Shown here: positions 1-12,366 of the stretch, one piece after another
Layout: each line of letters starts with the position of its first letter
How positions within the stretch are numbered: position 1 is the stretch's first letter
DNA from: Podarcis erhardii
Lineage: Eukaryota
Strand: one strand, 5' to 3'
DNA length: 64,000 nucleotides
NCBI GenBank assembly: GCA_964252035.1
Contig: OZ176201.1
Translations under genes and position numbers: made by a program
Notes under the pieces: generated by a model
Seen by the model: only the letters and a program-made list of their open reading frames with translations
The model's database searches: none
What the model was told of the DNA's origin: nothing

Positions 1-91
1 GGGCCTTCTATATCCTTTAATCAGTTTGATATAGAACAGAACAATTTTCAAGTATCATTTTTATCTTTTCACCATTTTTGGTGTGTTTTTA

Positions 92-92
92 A

Positions 93-131
<39 letters not shown>
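92..131 (+). repeat. (AAT)n microsatellite
   Basis: About 13 units, read directly. Confidence 0.9.
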
Positions 132-1288
132 TAAAGAAAAACCTGCACTGACTTTCTTACAATGCCAGCAGCAATGGTTACTCAGATTGTAAATCACATT
201 CAATTTAAATACCATTGATGATATGTTTTAAGCAGATTTCCCCTCAAAATTTGAAGCTATTAGATTGATAAAAGCATTTATCGAAATTAATTGCCAGATA
301 TATAGTAGAATTGGGATTTCTAAGTCTTTCCCCCCAATTCTTTTTAAAAATATGCTATTTTAACGTTTCCAGAAACATGCATTTAATACTTCTGCCCTTA
401 AGAGCTTCGTACCCATTTACCTGCCAGATTACCTTACCCAACATATGCCCGTTGAACCTCTTTGATCCATGGTCTATTAGGGTGGCAGCACCTACACTTT
501 TGAACTTTATGCCTATTGACATCACACAGGTACCTTCACTATGCTTTCTAAGGCACCTCCTAAAAACAATTTTGCTTAGGCAAGCCAACCCAGATATAGA
601 GAAAGCTGATGTGTGTTTGGATCTGTTTTTAGTTTAAAGTTGATTTCCCCCACCCCCGTGTTTTAAATAGTTGCTTTTACTAATGATTTTTTTATCTTCT
701 TTTTGTATGTTGCTTTGTGGTCTTTATATTCACAATCAAGCGGTAAATAAATTTCATGAAGTAAATAAAAATGGTTTTTATTAGGTTTTATGGCTCTGCA
801 TTGATACTGTACTCACACACGTACACACATGTAGAGAGAGAAGGAAAGGGTGTGGGGGAGAGAGAGCAAACCTTTTAGTCTTTATATTGTTGTGACCTGT
901 CCTAAGCTGTTTGGATGGTGGTGAAATAAAAATCCAGTCATAAACCAAAAAGTATGTAGTGTTACACTTTTATTTATTTTTAAAATGAGTAATAATATAT
1001 GCTCTGAATTGTGACTTCCATTTGTGAGACGTTCGTTTCCAGTCTTGTACTCAGTATGATAAATGATAATAATGATAATACGCAAATATATTTCCTCCAA
1101 AGCACAACGTTTTAGATATACTTCAAGGATCTCTGTTTCTGGATTGTTTTCTTGGAGTTTGAAACACTTAATGGAATCAAACCAGTTTTCATCGTAGGCA
1201 GTAAATAAAGCAAATACAATTCATCAACTGCACTGTTTTCAGAACAGAACTTCATAGCCAGAAGCATGATCTAGTTTCGATTTAAATA

Positions 1289-1536
1289 CAGTGGTACCTC
1301 GGGTTACATACACTTCAGGTTACATACGCTTCAGGTTACAGACTCCGCGAACCCAGAAATAGTACCTCAGGTTAAGAACTTTGCTTCAGGATGAGAACAG
1401 AAATCGTGCTCCAGTGGTGCAGCAGCCGCAGCAGCAGCAGGCCCCATTGGCTAAAGTGGTGCTTCAGGTTAAGAACAGTTTCAGGTTAAGTACGGACCTC
1501 CGGAATGAATTAAGTACTTAATCTGAGGTACCACTG
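1289..1536. mobile_element. Tc1/mariner-type MITE
   Basis: TIRs CAGTGGTACCTC...GAGGTACCACTG flanked by TA on both sides. Confidence 0.85.
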
Positions 1537-2224
1537 TAGATGACAACGTCATACAAATTGATGCTAGACAATGAATACTGTTAATCGGAAGTTGGCTGAT
1601 TTAATACTATTTTAAACTTTGACAATCTAATCATAATTCTGAATGTATTCAGATTTGAATGACATGTCTATGGCTCAGTAATCATACCAGTAAATTGTTT
1701 CACAGGTATTTCAGATTAATGTAGCAACTAGAAATTGTTCAGAGTATACATAACAAGGAGTTTACCTAAATAGCCAAAGGGTTACTGTGAAAATGTTACT
1801 CTGGGAGATCTCTTTATAAAATAAAGTATAATAAAATATTGTACATAATATTATATTTCTGAGCTATTAATTGTTATTGAAGCTGTTGCTGCTCATCCGT
1901 ATTTTTTTAAAAGTAGATCAAAGACAACTTTCAGCAATAATTTTAGGATTTAGGTGAAATTCAGCTCCCCCTGAGTGGGGGACCATTTTGCTTATTGAGT
2001 GTGAGACTCTAAATAGTTTTTTTTGAGGACAGGTCATTGGCAGTGGCAGCAGTCTTCTTTAAAACTTGTTCTCTTTGTGTTGCTGGTGGAGGGTTTGTTT
2101 CCCTACTCCACTTCATGATTGTGATGTGGCACTACAAATCCTCCAATAGGGGCTGCATGGTGACATTATTGCATTTTTATTATATAGAGAGAATGTACAA
2201 ATGCAATTATGAATCAAACTGGAG

Positions 2225-2230
<6 letters not shown>

Positions 2231-2266
<36 letters not shown>
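2231..2266 (+). repeat. (TC)n microsatellite
   Basis: 18 units, read directly. Confidence 0.9.
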
Positions 2267-2272
<6 letters not shown>

Positions 2273-3450
2273 CAATTTATTGTAGGCAGATGCTGAATCT
2301 CAGTAAGAAGGTTTTTAAGAGTAAATCAGCACTACTGCACACTATACTATTAATAAGTTCTGATGTTACCCTGACAATAATAATAAACTTTTTGAGATGA
2401 AATTCTAGATTTTTATTTTGCCCTTTGGGCAGCATCCATATGAATCTTTACAAGTTTTTAGTGAGTTGGTTACAGATTTTTACTGGATATCATTTAACAG
2501 CAAGACTACAGTACAGTACAGTCCTGTATGAGAATGGAAACAAATCCTATGCATATCTGTTCAAAATTCCACCAAATTTGCTCCCAAGTAAGTTTGTATA
2601 GCATGACAGCCTCACTACCTCTCTTTTTCCCTTTCTTTAAGTAATTCTGTGTCAAAATGAGATTTTATGGCTAAGACAGATGCATTTGTTTTACTTTTTC
2701 AAAACTCTTTGGCTCTAGACAGATGTGCTTTTAAAAAACTTTAAAAAATTAAGTCATCATTGTGGCCTTGTTATTCTGACTGCAGGTTTAGCTGACCTGA
2801 TTGCTACATTACATGGGAGAGCAATAAATAATCTGCAGAGGATTTGTACATGTTCAGTTCAGAATCTCTTTCACTTTACTTACAAATACATTCAGTAATT
2901 TTGTACCCTTTCACCCACCTTTCTCAGCTGTTTGTATATGTTTGAAGAAACTGGTTTGGAATGGTAAGACTTAAGATTCACCAGTTGCTGCATTAGATGA
3001 TTTTAAGCGTTGCTTAATTATGTTGTCTAATATCAAACAAAGCTGGAGGATGTTCTAGAAGGACAGCAGGAACTGCAATTCAAGGCTGCACATCACAGAG
3101 GAAAATTCATCTACTTCGGAATAAGTCAGTGTGGAGATGTGGTTTGATGCAGGAGCTTGTGGAATCTAGTATATGCTGACATCAGTGTGTCTCGATAGGC
3201 TTGCATAAAAATATAGTTTTAAGCAGGTGTCAAAAAGAGTACAGCTAACAGTTAGGGAGTTCCAAAATGGAGGTGCCACCACAGGGTGGAATGAGTATTA
3301 TGTGGCACCTGTAGCAGTGCAATTTCTGCAGGCAGTATTAGAAACTGAGATATGAAAGCTAGGAGATAATGGCACCTTAAACCTAGGTTATGGGCGCTGC
3401 AAATGAATTTCTAGGCTGCTTTTTTATAACAAGAATACAAAGCTGAAAAA

Positions 3451-3792
3451 GGGACGCGGGTGGTGCTGTGGTCTAAACCACAGAGCCTAGGGCAGTTCAA
3501 ATCCCCGCGACAGGGTGAGCTCCTGTTGTTCAGTCCCAGTTCCTGACCACCTAGCAGTTCAAAAGCACTGAAAGTGCAAGTAGATAAATAGGTACCACTC
3601 TGGTGGGAAGGTAAACGGCATTTCTGTGCACTGCTCTGGTTTTGCCAGAAGCGGCTTAGTCATGCTGGCCACATGACTCAGAGGCTGCCTGCGGACAAAC
3701 GCCAGCTCCCTTGGCCTATAGAGCGAGATGAGCGCGCAACCCCAGAGTCGTTTGCGACTGGACCTAACTGTCAGGGGTACCTTTACCTTACG
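3451..3792 (+). mobile_element. Sauria SINE, near full length
   Basis: tRNA-like head GGGACGCGGGTGG...GTTCAAATCC and tail ...GGACCTAACTGTCAGGGGTACCTTTACCTTA. 10-bp TSD AAGCTGAAAA (3440-3449 / 3793-3802). Confidence 0.88.
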
Positions 3793-4189
3793 AAGCTGAA
3801 AATGAATGAACTGCAGCTAAAATATTCTCTTCAGTTTCCACATAGTCTAGTCCTCATCTGAAGACTGCAAAAAACAAAGCCATACTTCCCCTTAATATTC
3901 TTATGAGGGTCCCTTCTCCAGTCCTCAGAGAGTGGCTGGAAGTGGGGAGGCAGAAAAAGGTCCTCCTTTGGTTCCAGCAGTGGCAGTTTAATCTGAAACC
4001 TTAGGCGCAGTACTGCTCCCAGAGATAAAAAATTGCCCACATTAAGGAAATTCCCTGTCGCAAAACATGCCTAGAAGAATTTGAGTTTCGAACGCTGTCC
4101 ACAGGTCCAAGTGGTCAAGTTGACATCTATGGGGTAAGGTGATTCTATGAGTAAACTAGTCCCAAACCACTAGGGGCTTTATATACTAA

Positions 4190-4374
4190 AAGGAATACCT
4201 GGAACTAGGCCTGGTAACGAATCAGCAACCAGTGCAGATCTCTGAGTAGAAGTGTTATATGCTGGCAGGGTCTCACTCCTGTCAATAGCCATGCTGCAGT
4301 GTTCTGCACTAACTCTAGTTTCCAGGTCAAGCACAAGGGAAGCCCCACATAGAGTGCATTGCAATAATCCAGTG
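4190..4374 (-). mobile_element. Degenerate L2 fragment
   Basis: Minus strand reads GLPLCLTWKLELVQNTAAWLLTG...LRDLHWL, like the C-terminus of the intact L2 ORF. Confidence 0.7.
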
Positions 4375-4758
4375 CACCCTATTCTAACCTTAAAGAGGAG
4401 TTGCACCACTCCTTGACCATTTTGGTAGCCCTTTTCTGGACATTTTCCAGCACTACAGTATCCTTTATGAAGCAAAGTGACTAGAACTATACATGCTATT
4501 CCAAGTGTGTTCGTACCATACATTTGTATAGCAGCATTATGATAAGAGGTGCCCCACTTCAGAAGAATTACCTCCCTCATCTGACTGTCACCACACAAGG
4601 GAAATGTTGTGTGAACTATGTAAGTAGTACTCATGTACAAGAAAGTTTTGGTTGTTTGCACAAGTGCAATAGAATATCAACACTAATTTTTTGGCCAGAT
4701 GACTTCTACTTTTTATTAAAGGCTGCTCCAATGTAGCAATAAGAAGTGCAAGCCATCA
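4375..4758 (-). mobile_element. Degenerate CR1 LINE fragment
   Basis: Minus strand resembles the CR1 motif LEYCVQFWSP..KDI..LEKVQKRATKM (observed KDTVVLENVQKRATKMV). Confidence 0.65.
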
Positions 4759-6313
4759 TGTCACTGGTTCAACACTAATCTCACGAGTGGTCAGTCTGGG
4801 TTTTTTTTTAGGAGATCTGGTTGGGAATTCAATAGACCCCTCCCTCGGTCAGCCATTGAGCACGATGGTCCCAGTCACCACCACTATTCACAGGTCAGAT
4901 GAGTGACCACGAAGGGGCAGCTGCTCAATCCATTGCTTGCTGTTGCTCTTCCTGCATGCCAGGAAGACAGAGTGGGTGAGTAGGGGCCAATGGCAAGAGG
5001 TCCATGGGGTCTGCATTGGTCTGTAGTGGGTCCTCTTCTCAGGCTTGGGTCATGGCAGGTGTCCAACCATGCCAGCCTCTGTATTTCAGCTATGAACTCA
5101 CTAAGTACCTTTTATAAGCCACTCCCTCTCCCTCTCTCATGCACAATAAGGAAATAATAATAGATGTGACGCTGAATTGTTGATTCATTACTGTAATATA
5201 TGTGGATTGCTTTGAACCTTTGAAATGCACCATATAAATGCTAATTATTAAGTACTTTTGCTATTAGGTTACATTCCAAGATTTTCTTATTGTTAGTCTC
5301 TCTAGGTCCGTTAAATTGATCTCACTTTGTGATCATGTCACCGTCTGTCTTGGGCTTGTCCCAATGTAAACAATCATTTTGTTGTTTATTAGGCTAATAT
5401 GTTTTAGACACAACATACTGTGCTGTCTCTGGAATCACCTTGTTAAGGTTGTATTACAGGCTGACCTCTATTGACAAGATTGAATTGAAGTCATTTTCTC
5501 TTAGAGCTTAGCTGCTCCGAGTATCTGTGTTGTCAGCAAATATGGCTTTTAGCACCTTTCCCTGGGGCATTATCTCAAATGTGGTGCCAGAGAGCCAGAT
5601 AGATTCACTTTCCATTTTTTAAAAACCCAATTTTTATTTTTAATTTTCCTTCTACCACCTTTCAGTTGTCACACACACTTTCCTTCTCGAAATCAATTGC
5701 AGATGTTCACAAGAGAAAATGCTGTACAACATGACTTCTGTCTAAAAAAAAAAAAAAAAAAAAAAAGCTTTCCTTAATCTCTCCACTAGGGATTTTCCCA
5801 GCGTTATCGTATAAGCATTAGTGAACACAGTCTGTTTCTGGCTGAGGATACTAATTACACCCTGGTGAGGAAAAATAATAATAATGGGGGGCAAACTCAC
5901 CCCCATCCTGAACCACCTCAAAAGTTCTGTTATTAGCATACACTCTAGCCAAGGAGATAGGAGATTAGATACGTTAACTTTTCTTCTCCTTTAGCTATGA
6001 TGTTTCCCTTCCAACTTGCTTGCACTGTTCTTTTCCTCTGTGTGAGAGAGCAAGGGGGGGAAAGTATGTGAAACAAGGTGTTAGGCACCCAGGAAATGGG
6101 CAATAAAGAGAACATGTGTGCATATGAAGCATGACTTTGCGGCAGGAATGGGGAGTCAAAGGAGGAGGGAGAGGAAAGTCAACCAAGTAATAAAATTTTC
6201 CAGTGTGACATTGCACCTATTGTGTCAGTAGTCACTATCTCCGAAAGAAGGCTGTTGAAAGAGGCTGGATGGAGTTCAGCACCTGAATATTTATATAAGC
6301 CCGGCGGGGTGGG

Positions 6314-6320
<7 letters not shown>

Positions 6321-6368
<48 letters not shown>
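6321..6368 (+). repeat. (AG)n microsatellite
   Basis: About 24 units, read directly. Confidence 0.9.
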
Positions 6369-6371
<3 letters not shown>

Positions 6372-7237
6372 TGTTATCTTGAAAGATAAGATGATAATAA
6401 AAATGATTACACAATGAATAGAAAAGTGGTACTTGGGAAAAGATTGCTAATGGATCAATGCCAAGTTGAATGCAAGTAATATTGTGCAGACTTCCCTCCT
6501 GTAAACATCAAAATATGGTTTGGATGCAAAGTGCTGTTATATAGCAAAGGAAAAGCAAATAAATGTGCATGAGTAAAATGATAGAACTGAGCAGGTATCT
6601 CTGCTCCTTTAGAAGTAGTGCTTTACCCAAAATTCTGCACTCAGGTGGAAGTTCTGTTATGCCAGATGTCTCTAGGCATTGAGAAGCTCCAGGGACACAG
6701 TGCTTATGCAGGACTGTTCCCTTTGGATGAAGGTCACAAGAAGCATATTGACATTTTGTAATGTGTGTTAATATGTATTATGTGTTAGATGTGTATATTA
6801 CAAGTATACCGACTGAACATAGGTGGAAACATGGCTTAAACACCCCAGATCTACTGCCTCACATCAAGTCTCCAGAGAGAGGCAGTTCCCAAATATTATA
6901 GGGTGCAGGGTTGCTGGGTCTTCTCTTTCATACTGGGCTGCCCTCTGTACCCACCTTCAGGTGTGTTGGGGGGAACAGAGAAAAGGAGAGTGAGTAGGTG
7001 GATTGGCACCTCAGCCTCTCCCCTCTCAGCAAATGGTGTAGGCATCATGGACTTCCTCCAAATGCAGATAATGAGGCTTTTTGAGGGAAGGCAGAAACTT
7101 GTTTTGGTTAATCTCTTCGTTCTACACTCTCTGCAAATTAGTGCATAAAGTGACTGCTAGTGTGTTAAGTGGTTCACTTGGCCAGAATGATATAATACCA
7201 TTTCTGAAAGACTTAACATTAGGTGTCAGTATGCTTT

Positions 7238-7695
7238 AAGGCCATTTTCAAGGTGCTAGTAATGAGCCTGAACAACCTGGGACCTTATACCTGAAGGACC
7301 ACCTCTGCCTGTACTGGGCTGCCCATGCGCCAAGAGGAAGCCCTTCTTAATTATCCCCCTATTGGCTGTATGATGACATGGGAAAAGGCCTTCTGGGTGG
7401 TAGCACCTCAGTTGTGAAACACCCTCATTAGTGATACACGTATTATTTTCTTATTTATGCACCAAGTGAAAACCTATTTGTTTCTTTGGGCATTTGCAGG
7501 ACATTAGCTTTAGGTTATAGCCCACTCTGTGCTTTAAAGATCTATATTTTAAGGATTTGGTTGTAATATATTCCTTTTATCTGGTCTTGTTATTAAGTGA
7601 ATCCCCCCCCCATTGTGATTGTTGAATTTGGATGGATTTTAATCTGTAACTTGTTCTGAGATCGGTCATAATGAAGGGCGGGTTAGAAATATTTT
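7238..7695 (+). mobile_element. Old L2 3' fragment
   Basis: AAGGTGCTAGT...CTGGGACC...CTGAAGGACCACCT...GGCCTTCTGGGTGGTAGCACC, ending GGGCGGGTTAGAAAT. Confidence 0.55.
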
Positions 7696-8803
7696 TGTTG
7701 TTTCCATTGACAGACACCGAGGTTACATCATCCTCAGCTGGGGGAGGGAAAGTCATGCACCCTTTTAGAATAAAGGAAAATCCAGCTTATCTAGTTTAAT
7801 TACAAGAAATCTCCCTAGCCCCCCTGCTCCACCCACAAAATTACCTGGAAACTTTGCCACAAGTGATTAAGGGAGGCTCCAGCAGCATGTCTGGCTCCAT
7901 TAAACTCTCTCCTGTCATAATTCCCCAATCTTAAAACAATATAGTATTCTGGCCACATGAAGTGACAGTGCTACTCAGCTTGGCAAATGAGAGATAATTC
8001 AAGTGTGTAAGAAGAGGAAATGTTACAGGGGCCGTGTATGATTAGCTAGGGGAGGATATTAAGAATGAGAAAGATCACTGTGTACATATATTTCAGTGGT
8101 TGCCACAGAGAGCTAGAGATAAAAAAAATGCTATTCATTATTATACATCTACAGGACACGAAGTATTGGATTTGAAAAGCAGGAAAGTGGCTTCATTTTA
8201 TTTATTAAGTGAAATACTTTGCTTAATATTCATTCATTTAGCATCCATTCATTCAGTTTATATCACACATTTGCAGTGACAAATGTTCAAGTTTTCCTGG
8301 GGTAGGTTACACCAAAAAATAAAATACAGTTTTTAAAAAGTGCGAAAACAACAACAACAACTACACAACATCACAAAATGGTTGAAACAGTAGAATGATA
8401 CAAGAATAGTATTGGCTCCTGGTTTTGGAGGGCCTTTAGGCAAGACACCCTCAATCAGGGCCGGCCCACCCATGAGGAAGGGTGGCAGGATCCACAGGGG
8501 CAGCAGTTCCAGCCTTCAGCGGCAGTGGTGTCTGCTACCTGCTCCTTGGAGACTGTGTGTCTCGCTTCCTTGGCACTCCATACTCCCATGCTCCCTCTAC
8601 AGTGGCTTCTTGGGAATAGGCCTCTCCTGGAGTCAACACTATACAATCCTGTGTAGAATGTGTGGTTTTTTAAAAAAAGAATAATAATTGTGTATTTCGT
8701 GGGTATTGTAGATGCTATCACAATCTACAACTACTACCCGTATTACATTTTGGTGTGAGGGTCTTCCCACCTGGTTACTGTGCCAGGTGAAAGGTGAAAA
8801 CCC

Positions 8804-8825
8804 CCAGATGGGCGGGGTATAAATA

Positions 8826-8882
<57 letters not shown>
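8804..8882 (+). mobile_element. Minimal L2 3' tail with (ATT)n microsatellite
   Basis: CCAGATGGGCGGGGTATAAAT, matching the tail of the 24.8 kb L2, followed by about 18 ATT units. Confidence 0.7.
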
Positions 8883-10067
8883 GCTCCTCATTAGTAAAGG
8901 TGAAAGATTTCTACGATCTGAAGAGAAACCAGAGTAATTTATGCTAATAGTACTAAACAGCATTATAGTTGAATCAGTTATAGTTGGCTAATTTTTCTAT
9001 TGTGAAAGATTATCAAATAATAATACAAAATTGAAACAATAGTATAGTAACAAAAACAGTTAACATGTCTTCTAACGTTATATTTTCTTCATTATTTTAC
9101 TTTCACTTTTAAAAAATTCCCTATGAGTGAAAGATAACCGAGAGGTTAGTTTGCTCTGTATAGAATCTGATAGAATTCTTGTTTGACCTAGGTCACACAC
9201 AAAAATAATCAATATTTTTTTATCTAAATTGCTTTTGCTTATCTTTTATTTAATGTCTGAAGAAAGGCTAAAGCCTATTCAGAAATCTGCAAATCTTTCT
9301 CCTTCAAATGCCATATCAGGGTATATACGCCTGTAGTAAAGAGGAAAGTAATTACACCACAAATGCAACTCATTTGGCTAAAAATAATTGCAGGGCCAAT
9401 CATTAAAAGAACGAAAGCTTAGACTTCAAAAATTGTTATTCAATACAAGTTAGGTTTAAATATAAAGATGGATGTGTTTGTTGTACTGATGCTGAGCAGG
9501 TTGTGTGTTGTTCCTTTGGCACCCACATTCAACTAGGTGCCATCTTTATGTGCAGTTGTGGATTGAACATTAAATATTGAGCTCACAGAGTCAGTCTATA
9601 CCTGGTTGTTGTTGGCCTGCAGCAATCATTTGTTCTGATGTAATTGTGAAACACTTGGCTTGGCTATGGGTTATATGTTCAACAAGTGATGTAATAAATA
9701 TGATTGTGCCATCGCCATTAGGTAAAAGCTGTAGCACAGAAAGGAGTTGATGGCTGCAAGTCATGAGGTTTATATGCAAACACCCCCCACCCCTCCGATC
9801 ATAAGCATTATACTTTTGGGGGCCAACGATGCAAGATGTTTATTGTCTTTGTGTGCTGCTAGTGGGCTTCCCAAGAGGAACCTGATTGGGCTCTGTTAGG
9901 AAATGGAGTGCTCAGCTAGGTGGTCTAATCCACAAGGGTTCTTCTTACATTCTCATCCAAATATTGTATATCGTAGGATGTAATGAATACTGAAGCAGTG
10001 CATAAACATGTTTTAAGTATTTAAGAGTGCTGTTTTGGTAATGTCATTACTGGATTTCTTTTTTCAG

Positions 10068-10230
10068 TATGAATATTTCAATGCTGTCCTCATTAATGAG
10101 CGGGATGAAGATGGGAACTTCTTAGAACTGGGGAAGGAATTCATCCTAGAACCAAATGACCATTTTAATAACTTGCCTGTGAATGTTACCCTGAGTGATG
10201 TCCAAGTGCCAACCAACATGTACAACAAAG
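10068..10230 (+). CDS. CACNA2D3: CACNA2D3 coding exon (human exon 5 equivalent), 163 nt, phase 0-1
   Basis: tttttcAG acceptor and AAG/GTAAGT donor. Translates [54 protein letters not shown], near-identical to the recalled human alpha2delta-3 sequence. Confidence 0.97.
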
Positions 10231-11907
10231 GTAAGTGGATGTACTCCATTGTATGACATTAAAGCTGCTTCTTCACACAAGAAAGTAGTTTGATAAAGCT
10301 AGTCATTGTGAGAGTTTAAGCGACGCTAAAAGAAGCTTCTGGGAACCAATATATTAAAGTCCAACACCTTTGTAGAAAATCAAAATACAGCTAATAAATA
10401 CAAAGCAATTCATGAGAAAGTACATTTCTCAATCCTGTTCCAAATAAGGGGGAAATAATCAAATTCTGTTTTAAGTGGTGACTTCTGGGTGCTGCTCTAT
10501 CACCAAGCTAGATATTGTTGTATACTTTTGGTGCATTTTTTTCCCTGAAGCTGCCCCCCCCCAATCCCTTTGTATTGCAGTGAGTTTCTAGAAAACGCAG
10601 GAAAAGATTTTATCCGTGTTACCAGAATTATTGAGTTTTTTTCCGAGAGAGATGGTAATGTCCATGAATATTTTCAGGCATTCTTGTCAGCGGGGGATAT
10701 GTTTTACTTCAGCTCAACTGACAAATATAAAGCAAACAATATGTTGCTGAAAATTTGAAGCTGTGCTATCAAGTTTTTATATCAAAACATATGGATTGCA
10801 CAAAATGTAGGACGGGAAATTCAATCATGTGAAGAAAGACATTGAGAAAACTTGACTAATTTCCAATCATTATATTGCAGCGAATGATACTCATTCACAC
10901 CGTATAAAGTGACAAGTTATGTATCTATATGACATTTTAAATGGACCAGTTTTGCTGGTACCGTTCTGTCAGATACAGGAATGCAACTCTCCAAAAGAAA
11001 AGAAAAAGAAAAAGTCGGGATCTTTTGTTTCCCCACTCTGTAATCCATCTGTCTGCTAATCTGGAAACAAAACCAGTTTTGGAACAAAAGTTTAAGGGAA
11101 AATATTAACGTTTGGTTTCTATAGCACATTAACAATTCTTACTTCATTTATCATCCCAGCAATCCTCAGAGCAATCCTGAGGGCCTATTCAGTTATTACA
11201 TTCTGGGGAGAGCGCTTGACCCAGTATGAGCTTTGGCTGTATGTGTGTCCCTTTCCCTGTGGAAATAAAGTAATGGAGGAGCTGAGTTATACTGCCTTTA
11301 GTGGAACACAGTATTTCTAGACACCTGGTTAACATTGCTCTGTATTCTGAGGACAGATCAGGTGCTTTGGGAGAGTCTGAGTTATACTCAGTTAATTCAT
11401 GTTCACTTGACACTTGCTCTTGTTGCTGGGTGGAATGGGGAGGAATGTGAGAGGCAGTTCTCCTCCCAAACAAAATGACTGTGCAGGCCCAAAGTGATGT
11501 CATTGGCAATCTAGCGATATCATGGCTAGATGTTTCCTCAGAAGCGGTTGTGCAGATTGCTTAATATCAACACAGGTCTTTCACTTTTCAATGTACACTT
11601 TGGATGGGCTAAGCAGCTGGTTGTCACAGAGCTGAATTTGTTGTCCTTCACAGTTGCTGATATTTAGTGTGGCGTTCAATTAGATTTTGCTCTGAGTAAA
11701 CCCATAGAGGTTAATGGCCCTAACTTAGTCATGCTCATTATTATCACGATTATCGCTATGATACCTCTGTACTGGGCTCCTCTCCCCCACAACAACTTTG
11801 GAACAATCCATGCTGCAGGGCATGCAGCAGAAGCAGCAAAGGGTTGTCATAACCCCCTCCTCCCTCCCTTCTTCAGCTGAGGCCTGTCTCAAGCACCTGC
11901 CTGTTCC

Positions 11908-12366
11908 TTTAAAAGAGGATTAGTCAAATTTACAGAGGATAAGGCTACCTACACCTACCAGCCATTATGGATATGTTCTACCTTCACTGTCAAAGGCCTC
12001 TGAATATCAGTTACAGTCATACCTCAGGTTGAAGTAGTTTCAGGTTGAACATTTTCGTGTTGCTCTCTGCGGCGACCTGAATGTAATGGAGCGTGTTACT
12101 TCTGGATTTCGAAGCTCGTGCATGCGCAGACGCTCAAAATGACGTCATGAGCGGAAGTGGCGAATCGCAACCCATGCAGACGCGGGGTGCGTTCGCTTCA
12201 GGATGCAAACGGGGCTCCGGAACGGATCCCGTTTGCATCCAGAGGTACCACTGTACTGGGAATCATACAGGAGATAACTGTTGCACCCAGGTTCTGCTAA
12301 TGGGCTTTCCATGGGCCTCTGGTTGGCCACTGTGAGAACAGGATGCTGGACTAGATGGGCCATTGT
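11908..12366 (+). mobile_element. CR1-type 3' end, interrupted by a MITE
   Basis: AAAAGAGGATTAGTCAAATT...CTGAATATCAGTTA[MITE]CTGGGAATC...CTGGTTGGCCACTGTGAGAACAGGATGCTGGACTAGATGGGCCA. Confidence 0.7.
12014..12253. mobile_element. Tc1/mariner-type MITE nested in CR1 tail
   Basis: TA-CAGTCATACCTC...GAGGTACCACTG-TA, CpG-rich body. Confidence 0.8.

Noticed and set aside
3451-3520. tRNA genes at B-box-like motifs (also about 18020, 26850, 36150)
   Set aside because: They are heads of tRNA-derived SINEs, with no cloverleaf and with SINE bodies attached.
1-10067. CACNA2D3 exon 4 (RLVEAAEEAHLKHEFDADLQ)
   Set aside because: Not found by eye; probably upstream of the window.
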